Assembly (NCBI GenBank): GCA_951406725.2
Contig: OX597833.1
Coordinates: 53,196,001 to 53,260,000, forward strand
From: Octopus vulgaris
Lineage: Eukaryota
DNA: 64,000 bases
Direction of reading: 5' to 3'
How positions within the stretch are numbered: the first letter of the stretch is position 1; the number at the start of each line of letters is the position of its first letter. The notes below the pieces were generated by a model. It made no database searches and was not told the DNA's origin. It saw only the letters and a program-made list of their open reading frames with translations. Made by a program: the position numbers and the translations under genes. This document shows positions 40,677 through 53,062 of the stretch, piece by piece.

Positions 40677-41108
40677 GGATCTTTTCGGTTTGAATGGCAG
40701 TTTTTTAACATAATTTCTAGGTAACTAAAAAATTTTAAACTTCGTATACTGGTAGAATGTGTTTATAAAACATCTTTTTCTCTTGGCTTTATTGAGAAAA
40801 TTCTATAGTTTGTAAGATATTTGTTGCTGTTTTTTTTTCAATTTCTACAATTTCAACCAATCACTGACGTCTATTGAGGTAAAAAAAAACATTCTGTGCC
40901 GTATGAATATGTCCCTCGTTTAAGAAACAGATTGGGTTTATTTACATTTTTGAAGAAAAAAAGATTCCCTTCCCCCCACCTCTAACCCTAACTAACCCTA
41001 ACCCTAAAACAGATTGAAATGCAATAGATCGATACTAGGGTCATAATTATGGGTGACAATTTCATATGACACCGCTAGAAAAAACTGCCGTTCAAACCGA
41101 AAAGATCC
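40677..41108. mobile_element. MITE with 29-bp TIRs and an 8-bp TSD (Merlin- or hAT-type)
   Basis: TIR GGATCTTTTCGGTTTGAAYGGCAGTTTTT (1 mismatch); AGAATATG at 40669-40676 and 41109-41116. Confidence 0.9.
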
Positions 41109-41236
41109 AGAATATGTAGTCTTGTAGGACGGTTGCCGAGGGTTTATTATATGAATAGGCTTCGTGCTGGAGTTTTTATTTCCTTTTGATTTGATTTTAA
41201 GTGCTTCTATGTATGTTGTTGTGTCGTTTTGTGTTA

Positions 41237-41299
<63 letters not shown>

Positions 41300-41399
41300 T
41301 TGTTTTAGTCATTTGACTGCGGCCATGCTGGAGCACCGCCTTTTGTCGAGAAAATCGACCCCAGGACTTATTCTTTGTAAGCCTAGTACTTATTCTAGG

Positions 41400-41834
41400 T
41401 GGGGGCCCAGTTAGAATTTTCTTCTGGTCGAGTAACCCATCTGGCTCAAAAGGTCCCTGAATAAGGGTTGTTTAAGGATGTTGAACGAAACACCCATGTT
41501 TCCCGAGATGAATTAATCAAACCCCAAAGAATCCCTCTCAACACATGGCTATAATGCTCCCCAACTACTTCTGCTCGTGATCAGATATGCACATATTGTT
41601 AGCCACTAAGGGACATGCTCAACTGGTTAAGGTCAAACAACTAACAAGCAACTCTGTGGTATTGAGCAGAATATTTGCTGTAGCCCATTTATACCAAGAC
41701 AAATAAATGTACATGATAACACTTTCAATCAGTTAAGATCAGAAGCCACGAGAGCCAATGCCTGGTACTGCATCAGGGCATTTATTATTATTATTATCAT
41801 TATTATTATTATCATTATTATTATTATTGTTATA

Positions 41835-41884
<50 letters not shown>

Positions 41885-42058
41885 CATTATTATGTTTGAC
41901 TTTTGCTTTACATTTGCACAAGCTGGCTCCAAGTCTCACCCAGAGACCTCAAGAGACAACAAGCTGGAAGTTCATGTTGGGGTTATGCCTAGGGTGCCAT
42001 ATATTTGGTTTTGTACTTAGTGTTGTACTAGTGAATGCCTAAAAAAAACCATACGAAA

Positions 42059-42137
<79 letters not shown>

Positions 42138-42290
42138 TATGTTTGACTTTTGCTTTATGTCTGTACAAGTTGGCTCCAAGTCTCACCCAGAGACCTTAAG
42201 AGACAAAAGGTTGGAAGTTCACGTTGTTGTTATGCCTAGTGTGCCATATATTTTGGGGTTTTTTTTTTGGTGTTGTACTAGTGAATGTCT
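41400..42290 (-). mobile_element. Element fragments stacked in an (AAT)n array: two homologous 3'-end fragments (41893-42060, 42139-42290) and a probable 5' fragment (41400-41780); R4/Dong-like
   Basis: Two copies of TGTTTGACTTTTGCTTTA...CCAAGTCTCACCCAGAGACC each directly abut (ATT)n; clade assignment is inferred from the target and tail only. Confidence 0.55.
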
Positions 42291-42291
42291 G

Positions 42292-42351
<60 letters not shown>

Positions 42352-42608
42352 TATTATTATCATGATTACTAGTAGTACTAGTTTTAATATGAGCATTAGT
42401 ATTAGTGTTAATATTAATGAAGGTATAAGTACTCCATATTTTTCTATGCCAGAATAAAGTCGTTATATTGAGACAACAACGAAATAATGATTCTTAAGAA
42501 CATAATAGGAAGTCAGCATATGTGGTTGGCTGTTCTGATGTTCTGCCATTAACAGATAAGTAAAATACTGATTCAACAACAGACAGAGGCAACACTATAT
42601 ATATATAC

Positions 42609-42737
<129 letters not shown>

Positions 42738-42888
42738 TACATATATATATTATATATATATACATATATATACATAAATATACATATATATATATATATA
42801 TATATACATATATATACATATATATATGTGTGTATATATATACATATATATATACCTGCATACATACACTACACACACACACACACAC

Positions 42889-42989
<101 letters not shown>

Positions 42990-43379
42990 CACATATATAC
43001 ATGTATGTATGTATGCATGTATGTGTATGTATGTATGTATGTATGTATGTGTACATAGGCACAGAGAGGGAGAGAGAAGGGATTGAGAGATAGGGACTGT
43101 GGAATTAAGATCTACAAAAACAAAAATGTCAATTAACAATAGTAATTACAAACATAACGAAGGAAATGGCACTGTCTTGATGTAAAGAAGACCACCCATA
43201 TCGCTTAGGAAGGGCGTCTTTATCAGTGGGAGGCCGCCCACCATCGCTATACAACACAAAATAGAATTAAAATGTAAGAAAATAGAAATAGAATTAGAAT
43301 AAAATAAAATAAAATAAAATAAAATAAAATAAACATGAATCATAACATTCGAAGAAGTGAAAGTCATACATGTTGGATG

Positions 43380-43449
<70 letters not shown>

Positions 43450-43584
43450 ATTTATGTGTGTGTGTGTATACATATATATATATATATACACACACACATG
43501 AATAATTATATATATACATAAGTATATATGTATGTATGGATGGATGGCTGTATGTCTAAATGAATATCTATATGCGTATTTATA

Positions 43585-43654
<70 letters not shown>

Positions 43655-43664
43655 CATATATATG

Positions 43665-43711
<47 letters not shown>

Positions 43712-43792
43712 TATTTATATATAATATATATGTATACATACATATGTATACCTGTGCATATATATTGTTTATTTGTATATATAAATAGCATG

Positions 43793-43838
<46 letters not shown>

Positions 43839-43866
43839 CATATATATATATGTATATGTATATATG

Positions 43867-43907
<41 letters not shown>

Positions 43908-44003
43908 GTATATATATATATATTTACACTTACGTACACATAAACGCACACACCCATATATATACATATACATACATACATGTATATATATATACATACA
44001 TAC

Positions 44004-44038
<35 letters not shown>

Positions 44039-44153
44039 ATGTACGCATTCATGTACACTGCGGCTATATGACAAAGTGAGATAGGTGCTGTAAGGAAAGG
44101 AAACGAAAGGATCGTTCAAAGATTATGATATATAAACTGCGAACTCTAAACTG

Positions 44154-44214
<61 letters not shown>

Positions 44215-44625
44215 TGTGTCTGTGTGTGTGTGTATGTGTTGTTCCGACACCTTATTCGTTTATCCAAAGAGGAAAAATTCTTTGCAAAATATATAACAAA
44301 CTTTCCATTATGTAGAAACGCAATCGGATAACATTTGTAGAAATTAATGTCAAACCATATGACGGATGTCAAAAGCCTATATTTGCAAAAAATATTGCAA
44401 CGTAAGCAAAAACAAAAAACAAAAAAAAAAAAGCCCCAAAAAAAAAGAAGAAAAAAAGAAGAAATATTTGGTTCCTTAGCATTTTACATCTCTAAAACAC
44501 AATCCGATATCTGAGACAAATCTCATGGTGTGATTCTCGGAGAGCTTTTTTTCCAAAATTCTATGAATTGACACGGAAAAATACAAAGGCATCATTCTTA
44601 ACATCGCGTGTCTCAAAGACAGGCT

Positions 44626-45228
44626 TTCCGTTTCCGTTGTTGCTTCGTTTTCTTTCTTATAAGTCTTTTTCAGTCTCAGATCGGCTATGTTTGTGTAAAT
44701 ATATGATCAAAAGCGTTTTTTCCAACCATGACCTTCCTGTAGAAATCAATCCCAAGATTACACCCTGCTATCTCAAAAATTAAAGAACACATTGGATTAT
44801 GTACTCCTAGATATATAACTTCTGTCCTTCCGTTTCCGTTGTTTTACCGTTTTTTTTTGTTTAGTAGTTTTGGGCCTCAGATCACTCCTGTTTGTGTAAA
44901 TGTGTGATCAAAAGCGTCGTTCTAGCCATGACCTTCCTGTAGAAATCAATCTCCAGATTACACCCTGCTATCTTAAAAATAAAAGAACACATTGGATTAT
45001 GTAGTCCTAGATATACTTCTTCTGTCCTTCCGTTTCCGTTTTTTTTTTACCGTTTTTTTTTTGTTTAGTAGTTTTTAGCCTCAGATCGCTCCTGTTTGCG
45101 TAAATGTGTGATCTTTTGCGTCGTTCTAGCCATGACTTTCCTGTCAAAATCACTATCGCCAGATTTCATTCCGTGCTATCTCAAAACAATGGAAGAACAC
45201 ATTGGGTAATGTAATCCTAGACATACTG
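44626..45228. repeat. Three diverged tandem copies of a unit of about 200 bp
   Basis: TTCCGTTTCCGTT...CTCAGATC...TGATC...CCATGAC...GCTATCT...GAACACATTGG...TCCTAGA occurs three times. Confidence 0.9.
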
Positions 45229-45396
45229 TGTCAAAAAATAAGACGATTAATATTTTGAGGCGGTGAAAGGTGGCGAAAGGCTGAGCTGGCAGAATCGTTT
45301 GCACGTCGGGCAAAATGCAAATCTGCATTTCGTCCGTCTTGACGTTCTGGAGTTCAAATTCCGCCCGAGTTCGACTTTGCCTTTCTACCGTTCGTA

Positions 45397-45865
45397 GAGG
45401 CGCTTGGCTTTGTGGTTATGGTGTTGAATTGATGATCGTAAGATTGTGGTTTCGATTGTGGTGTCTTTATATGCCATCAAATACTATAATTCGTTTACTA
45501 TTGAATAATACATCGATGTCTAAATTTAACAGTTCATTTGTTTTAGAGTATTGTAAGTCCGCTGTACAGATTGCAAGAAAAAATACAAAAATACGAAAAC
45601 AAAAGACAAAAATAAAAGAGAAAGAAACATCAAACTCCAAGCAAAAATTTTTGTGGAATCACGTATTGAAAACAACATCTTTGTTTTCTATCTCAAAATT
45701 AACAATTCCTGGACCGGGTGGTGTGTTGTTTTTCTTGAGCAAAACATTTCAATCCACGCAGCTGGTAAAAATGAGTAATTTTGCAATGGACCGACGTCCC
45801 GCCCAGGTGGAGAATTTATACGCCAAAGAAACCGGAAACCCGGCCCTTATGAGTCCGTATGGCTT
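45397..45865 (+). mobile_element. SINE family C nested in a SINE B variant (45283-46000) and interrupted by an insert of about 245 bp
   Basis: Homologous to 38527-38775; B box split at 45457/45705. Confidence 0.8.
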
Positions 45866-46120
45866 TACTTTTTACCTTTTTCTTCAGCATTTCGAGGCTG
45901 ATGAAATAAGTACCAGTTAAATACTGGGGTCGATGTAATCGACTAAACCTCTCCCTCGAAATTGCTACCCATGTGTCGAGATTTGAAACCAATATTTTAA
46001 ATCGGTGAGCTGATTGAATTGTTAGCACGCCGGGCAAAATGCTTAGCTGCTAACCCTAGCCAGGATCGAACTCACATATCAACTCACAAAGCCTTTCTGG
46101 TTTGTTTACAAAAAGCATAT

Positions 46121-46311
46121 AGGCGTAGGCGTGGCTGTGTACTAAGTAGCTTGCTTACCAGCCACATGGTTCCGGGTTCAATCCCACTGCGTAGCACCTT
46201 GAGCAAGTGTCTTCTACTATAGCTTCAGGTCGACCAAAGCCTTGTGAGTGGATTTGGTAGACGGAAACTGAAAGAAGCCTATCGTATATATGTATATATA
46301 TGTATGTGTGA

Positions 46312-46342
<31 letters not shown>

Positions 46343-46584
46343 TGTTTGCGTGTCTGTGTTTGTCCCCTGACCATTGCTTGACAACCGATGTTAGAGTGTT
46401 TACGTCCCCGTAACGTAGCGGTTCGGCCGAAGAGTCCGATAGAATAAGTACTAGGCTTACAAAGAATAAGTCCCGGGGTCGATTTACTCGAATAAAGGCG
46501 GTGCTCCAGCATGGACACAGTCGAATGACTGAAACTAGTAAAAGAAAAAAAATAAAAGAATATAAAAGAATATATATATATTCT

Positions 46585-46635
<51 letters not shown>

Positions 46636-46960
46636 TTTTATTCTTTTACTTGTTTCAGTCACTTTGATTGAAGCCATGCTGGAGCACCGCCTTTAGTCGA
46701 GCAAATCGACCCCAGGACTTATTCTTTGTAAGCCTAGTACTTATTCTATCGGTCTCTTTTGCCATGCTCCAGCATGGACACAGTCAAATGACTGAAACAA
46801 GTAAAAGAGTAAAAGAATATATATACAACAGGCTTCTTTCAGTTTCTGTCTGCCAAATCCACTCACAAGACTTTGGTCCAGTCGAGGTTATAGTAGAAGA
46901 CAATTGCCCAAGGTGCCACGCAGTGGAACTGAACCCAGAACTATGCAGTTGGGAAGCATC
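46121..46960. mobile_element. Two or more SINE family A copies, tail-to-tail around a (TA)n array
   Basis: 46121-46570 (+); rearranged pieces at 46630-46960, mostly minus. Confidence 0.85.
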
Positions 46961-47053
46961 GTGCATTGTGCGTGATATTTTCTCTCTTCTCATTGTCGTT
47001 CGCTATCTTTTCTCTCCTTTGCTTCTTCATCAAATAGTTAACTGTTACTCACA

Positions 47054-47103
<50 letters not shown>

Positions 47104-47875
47104 CGTATCATATATGGATATGCACGCCGTTACTCTATGCAGCATTAATTAAAGTGTTTTAAGGCACTAATTAACTAGATAATTATAATGTTTTTAAATC
47201 CTGAAACATCAAAGAAATCAAAGACAACACTGGGTGTAAATGTTTTAAATTCTTTGCGTACGGCTGATTCTATTTCGTCTTGGAGAGCTTGGTTGTGTTA
47301 GAAGTGAGTTATGACGCAATAGTTCTTAGCGGGATCTCGACAATATCAAAGTCGAGCACGCAATCCGTTCTTGGCAAAAGTTAATTTTGAGATAGGAAAC
47401 AAAGATGCTGTTTTCAATACGTGATTCCACAAAAATGTATGCTTGGGGTTTGTTGTTTCTTTCTCTTTTTTTGTCTTTTGTTTTTGTAATTTTGTATTTT
47501 TTCTTGCAAACTTACAATATTCTAAAATAAATTAACTATTAAATTTAGACATCAATGTATTATTCAAAAATAAACGAATTGTAGTATTTGATGGCATATA
47601 ATGACGCACATTTTTTTGCTTTTTTTTTCCAAATAATGCTTCAAAAAGATCGCCCCAGGTTCCGTATACGAAGCTGGGCCAATATTACATGCTTTAATGC
47701 ACTACAAACTCCTTTACGAACATACGCCGCAGAAATTTGACCAACGCAGATGACGAATTGGCCGATAATATGTAATGTGATGTCAATAAACGAAAAGAAA
47801 AAGAATAGTCGTTGTACTGCCTTACATAGACTGCTTATTGATCCAGTAATATTTCAGGGGAAAATACCCCTTTTA

Positions 47876-48436
47876 TTGGGTTGTCCGGAAAGTTCGACCG
47901 ATTTATAGTAGCTTACCTTTCGACTTATTTTAGAACATGGTTGAGTCCATAAAATAGGATTTGACTACACCTCCATTTAGAGTACAGTTTAAGCTATCTT
48001 TTCGTGGAAGAAGGTTTATGTTCCTATAACCTGTGTTAATCCTATAACCCTTTAAAATTGAAGATAAGAAAGTTCATTTTCGGCACTTGATGCTTTGGGA
48101 ACCAGACAAAAATTGCTGCAGCTTGGCTGGGATGTGTTCCCCCACCCTCCATATTCACCAGATATTGCTCTTTCGGTTTTCCACTTATTCAGGTCTCTGC
48201 AAAATAGTCTTAAAAATTTCAATTCCTTGGATGACATAAAAAAGATACTTTGATGAATTCTTTATCATGAAACACCCTCAATTCTGGGAAGAGGGTGTTT
48301 TCAAGTTAAAGGAAAGATGGAGACGCATTGTGCAACAAAATGGTTCGTATTTGGTTTGATTAAAAATGTAATGGCAAGTATTTATTGACCATTTTCTCTC
48401 AGTTAAAAATCGATACGAACTTTCCAGACAACCCAA
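47876..48436 (+). mobile_element. Internally deleted mariner element with both TIRs and TA duplication
   Basis: TA|TTGGGTTGTCCGGAAAGTTCG...CGAACTTTCCAGACAACCCAA|TA; residual EDKKVHFRHLML fused to TRQKLLQLGWDVFPHPPYSPDIALSVFHLFRSLQN (YSPDLAP-type motif). Confidence 0.92.
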
Positions 48437-49424
48437 TATATTCAAAATATTTTGTTATCATTTTCATAACATTGTTTAGTGTTTAGGAATGTGACATGCA
48501 AATGTTATTTGTGAATAATAATTAAGAATCATTCTGTCGGAATAATTTGGAGAATTTCTGATCTGTCCTTGAAGAGTACATCTTTAAGAAGACTCCCCAC
48601 TGCTCTGATGGTTGACTAGCTAGAAGTGACTTCAGTATGAAAGGGAGTGGGTGATGTGTTCAATGGAGGACACTCCACCCACTTCCTATCAGAGAAGAAC
48701 CAGAAACCGGAAGATAATCCGATTAATCAACCTCTTTAACGTGGACATTAACGTGAACGTAACCAGGAATATTCTAGTTCCAATAAGACAGCACTTCACA
48801 CCGGTACACAAATACAATAAACATTGCCATCGGAGGAGGTTTCTACTGGCTAGCTCCCAGACGTCTGATAACTCTAGGCTTACGTTGGAAAGTCTTAACC
48901 AAATTAAACAAGACATGCAGAGTAGCTGTCCTTGATAACCACAGGCCTGCTCATACTCTCTCACTGGGGTAGTCTAATCATCTTCTATGCACAGCAACCT
49001 GCCTAGATCAGTGAGAATCAACTTAAATAGTCCTTTGCATACATAGATTTATACACTATATTCCGTCTGACGGATTACATTTATACCGTATGTGGATGAA
49101 TGCGCGTACATGCTTGTGTGTGTATGTGTGAGTGTGTGTGTGCGTGTGTATGTGCATACGTGCATGTGAGCGTGCGTGTGTGTGTATGTCTGTGTGTGTG
49201 TGTGTGTGTCTGTATGTGTGTGTGTGTACTTAGATATATGCATCACACACATATATACATATAGACACACACGCATGCTCAAGATCCTGTTCAGATCATT
49301 ACCGCCGTCTCTTTAAAATCCGCTCATCTCTACAATTCAAAATTCTACTACAAACCATATTGATTCTTCTCCCTCATTCTCTCTCTGTTGAACTCCCATT
49401 GTCTATCACCCTATCACACACTCG

Positions 49425-49451
49425 CTGACGAAGAGATCCGCTCGAAACGTT
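49425..49451 (+). ncRNA. Minimal hammerhead core in an H1-related element ending at (TA)n (49558)
   Basis: CTGACGA-A-GAG(ATCCG)CTC-GAAAC-GTT; stem I not evident; downstream TTCCTGAGCGT is shared with family H1. Confidence 0.55.
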
Positions 49452-49554
49452 AAATCCTCCTTCTTTCTTTCCTTTCCTGAGCGTCCAATAACACTATACT
49501 TGTTCCACGTCCTCGCGTTGTGTTTTCTCTTTGTGTTTCCATGTTTGGATTAAC

Positions 49555-49622
<68 letters not shown>

Positions 49623-49749
49623 CATACATATATACATATACATACATACATATATACATATATATACATATATACACACATGATTAATTATATATATATA
49701 TATATATATAATATATATATAACGATAGGCGTGAAACAAGAGACGGTGT

Positions 49750-49823
<74 letters not shown>

Positions 49824-49976
49824 TTGTATATATATATGTATTTATATATATATGTATGTATGTATATGCATATATATCAATAAATATCTATATATGTATA
49901 TATATCTATATGTGTGTGAATGTGCGTATAAATATATATGTATATATATGTGTATGCGTGTGTGTGTGTATATATA

Positions 49977-50023
<47 letters not shown>

Positions 50024-50966
50024 ACACCGTCTCTTGTTTCACGCCTATCGTTATATCAACCAGCATCCATCCGTCACTTTAGACGTTAAGTATGTTACTA
50101 ATGTTACTACTACTAAGTCTCCTACAAGCCTATAACAAGCCTCTACTAATAACCAAGTTTTGACACTGTTATTTCACACGTTGACATCATCAATACCACT
50201 GTTTGCTGTTGTTTTTGTTCTTGCTGATGTTGTTGTTGCTGCTGCAGTTGTTGTTGTTTGTTTTTGTTTTTGTTGTTATGACAACTTGACTCGTCATCTC
50301 ATCCGTTGACCAACCGACGTCACATGCCATCACGGTTCCACTTTTTTTTTTGTTATTCTTGCTAATGATAGCAGCGTCAAGAAACTTAAATATTCTCGGC
50401 TGTTATGGTTATGCTAATGGTGCGATACTCGTGGAGGTGGTCGTGGAGGGTTGTCGTGGTGAAGCGGCGGCGGAGGCGGAGGCGGCGGCGGCACCGGAGG
50501 TTGCGCTTCTTTCAAGAGTCATTTGCTGTTGTCATACCACATCCTTTCCTTCTCGACACACACACACACACGAGTGTGTATGTGTTTTCTTTTTGTATGT
50601 ATTTATGTATGCATATGTGTGTGTGTATCTCTCTCTCTCTCTCTTTGTTTCCTTTGCCCCCTTTCTTTTTTCTCTCTCTTCTCTCACATGACCGCTGGTC
50701 AAAATCAGCCTTTTGGCCTCCGACCACTGCCGTGAGAACATCGTTGTCTTCGTCTGCCGATAAAGGCATTTTTTTTCCAAATACGCCAGCTAAACTTGTT
50801 GTACTGTTTATTAGTCGTAAGACACCCGCTGTTTTTGTCCTGTTTTACCATTATTGTTTTTTGTATTTTATATTCGTGTGGCATCGTCCGTTTTTCTGTC
50901 CCTGTTTCGTATACATTCGATCCTTCTTCCGAGAAATCTAATGCTCGTAGCTTAGTTTTTCCTTGG

Positions 50967-51039
50967 GGCTGGCCGGATCGGAGCGATCTCAAGATTAATC
51001 AGCCGAAATTGCTAGGATGATCCGGTTCTTGACTGAAGA
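50967..51039 (+). ncRNA. Non-circularly permuted hammerhead ribozyme candidate, copy 2
   Basis: GGCTGG CCGGATC GG AGCGAT C TCAAGA TTAA TCAGCC GAA ATTGCT AGGAT GATCCGG T TCTTGA CTGAAGA; AUC triplet at 50986-50988. Confidence 0.75.
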
Positions 51040-51122
51040 TTGAAGGCTTCGAATGTCCCGTCCGTGTTTTTTTTGTATCATCTTCTAAATGTTTTACGTT
51101 CTTGTCCCAGTTTGTATTTTTC

Positions 51123-51238
<116 letters not shown>

Positions 51239-51408
51239 ACCGTGACCGACCAGGCTATCAGATGTTGCTACACATCGCTGGTCACAATGCCCTTCGCATT
51301 GTTTTAGCCTTCAAATGACGCCACCCCGCTAGCTAAGCGAGCAGGCCAACAGAAGAAAGAATGAGAGAAAGTTGTGGCGGAAGAGTACAGCAGGGATCGC
51401 CACCCCCA

Positions 51409-51478
<70 letters not shown>

Positions 51479-51480
51479 AT

Positions 51481-51592
51481 AAAATGGGACAAGAACGCAA
51501 AAAATCCAGAAGACGATACAAAAAAACACAGACGTGTCATTCGAAGCCTTTAATCTTCAGTCAAGAACCGGATCATCCTCTCAATTTCGGCT
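51481..51592 (-). mobile_element. Inverted partial copy of the element at about 51001-51125
   Basis: Reverse complement AGCCGAAATTG..AGGATGATCCGGTTCTTGACTGAAGATT.AAGGCTTCGAATG...CGTTCTTGTCCCA. Confidence 0.85.
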
Positions 51593-51594
51593 TA

Positions 51595-51998
51595 CGGAGA
51601 AGAAGCGGCGAGTAAATTTCACATCTGCGCAATTTTCTGATTTTCGTTCAAATCGTGTGGTACTCATTTGTCGAGCTTTTTGATTTTCCAATCGCATGCA
51701 AATAGTTGCAGGCAGTTTTCTATTGTCAGTTTCGAGTGGTTTTACGTGGATCTTTCTCAATGACGGCCTATAATTGATCGTCGTCGATGACAGATAGGTG
51801 TCCACTACGCTCGCGATCTTCAAGGCTCAGGTCTCCACTGCGAAATCGTTTAAACCATTTTCTAGTTGATCACTCACTGGTCATTTCCCCACCAAACGTT
51901 TTGTTGGTGTCGCGAGCAGTTTCAGCTGCTTTACGTTTTTTTTTTTTTTTGAAGTTGAACAGCAAAATTGCACGAATATCGCGCTTTGACAGTTCCAA
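51595..51998 (-). pseudogene. Mariner transposase N-terminal half (Hsmar1/cecropia-like), disrupted
   Basis: ELSKRDIRAILLFNFK..RKAAETARDTNKTFG...KWFKRFRSGDLSLEDRERSG..VIDDDQL*AVIEKDPRKTT...*VPHDLNENQK (WVPHEL motif decayed). Confidence 0.9.
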
Positions 51999-52079
51999 TT
52001 CAGATGATTGTAACAACGGTGAAAAAAATATCAATACTAATTCATTGATACATTTGAGCAAGTCTATGTCTGCATAATG

Positions 52080-52360
52080 AGACGGCGAGCTGGCAGAAAC
52101 GTTAGCACGCCAGGCAAAATGCTCAGCGGTATTTCGTCCGCCGCTACGTTCTGAGTTCAAATTCCGTTGAGGTTGACTTTGCCTTTCATCCTTTCGGGGT
52201 CGATTAAATAAGTACCAGTTACGCACTGGGGTCGATATAATAGACTTAATCCGTTTTTCTGTCCTTGTTAGTCTTCTCTGTGTTTAACCCCTTGAGTGTA
52301 GTAAAGAAATAGAAATAGGTATTTCGTCTGCCGTTATATTCTGAGTTCAAATTCCGCCGA
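52080..52360 (+). mobile_element. SINE family B, head + body + start of a second body
   Basis: Collinear with 32082-32488. Confidence 0.9.
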
Positions 52361-52428
52361 ATTTGTTTACGTGACGGTTCGTTTACTAAACATTAGTAAG
52401 AACATTTGCAGTGTACTTTGTTAATATA

Positions 52429-53062
52429 ATGCCACTTACTCCGTTACCAATTCGTCAGCAGATTATTAAGCTTCGAAGGAAGGATAATTTAAATATTGGA
52501 TTTATTGCAAATATTGTTAATAAGTCAAAAAGTGTTGTACACGGTATTCTTAAGGTCTACGATGATTGTGGTTTGTGTGAAGCAAGAAAGTTTACATGTA
52601 GGCCAAGAAAAACGACCAAGATAGAAGATCGTGCTATGGTAAAGTTGGTTAAAAAGGACAGATTTAAAACTGCTGCTGCTGTTTCTCGAAAACTTTATCT
52701 CGAAAAACTGTGTCTCGTCGTTTAGTTGAACATGACCTACAAGTAAGACCACCCGCAGTGAAGCCACTGATCAGCTCCAAGAATAAAAAGTGTCGTCTCA
52801 CCTTTGCAACCGAACATGTGTTGTGGTCTCAAGAAAAATGGCAAACGGTGCATTTCAGTGATGAATCTAAGTTTATGCTATTTGGCTCAGATGGGAAAAG
52901 GTACAGTCGTAGAAAAGTAGGTGAATAATTGTTGCCTAAATACCTTAAGACTAGTGTTAAATTCGGTGGAGGAAGTGTCATGGTTTGGGGAATGATATCT
53001 GGAGATGGTGTGGACCCTTTGGTGCGATTACATGGAAAGTTAAATGCAGGAGTTTATAAACA
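52429..53062 (+). pseudogene. Tc1-like transposase remnant (HTH + first catalytic D), frameshifted, stopped and 3'-truncated
   Basis: RPRKTTKIEDRAMVKLVKKDRF ... KPLISSKNKKCRLTFA..H..W...WQTVHFSDESKF ... VKFGGGSVMVWGMIS. Confidence 0.92.

Noticed and set aside
40982-41007. Telomere or chromosome-fusion scar
   Set aside because: Only about 4 degenerate units, enclosed in a MITE with an intact TSD
44626-45228. CRISPR-like periodicity (also the SINE B concatemers)
   Set aside because: Whole 180-200 bp units repeat with no unique spacers; eukaryotic context and no cas genes
48650-48910. Possible solo LTR (TG start, AATAAA)
   Set aside because: No TSD, terminal inverted match or second copy in the window
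50350-50520. GC/CpG-rich island encoding EAAAEAEAAAAPE or poly-Pro
   Set aside because: Could be a UTR or exon, but no recognisable protein, nearby stops on the minus strand and no convincing splice sites; needs RNA-seq
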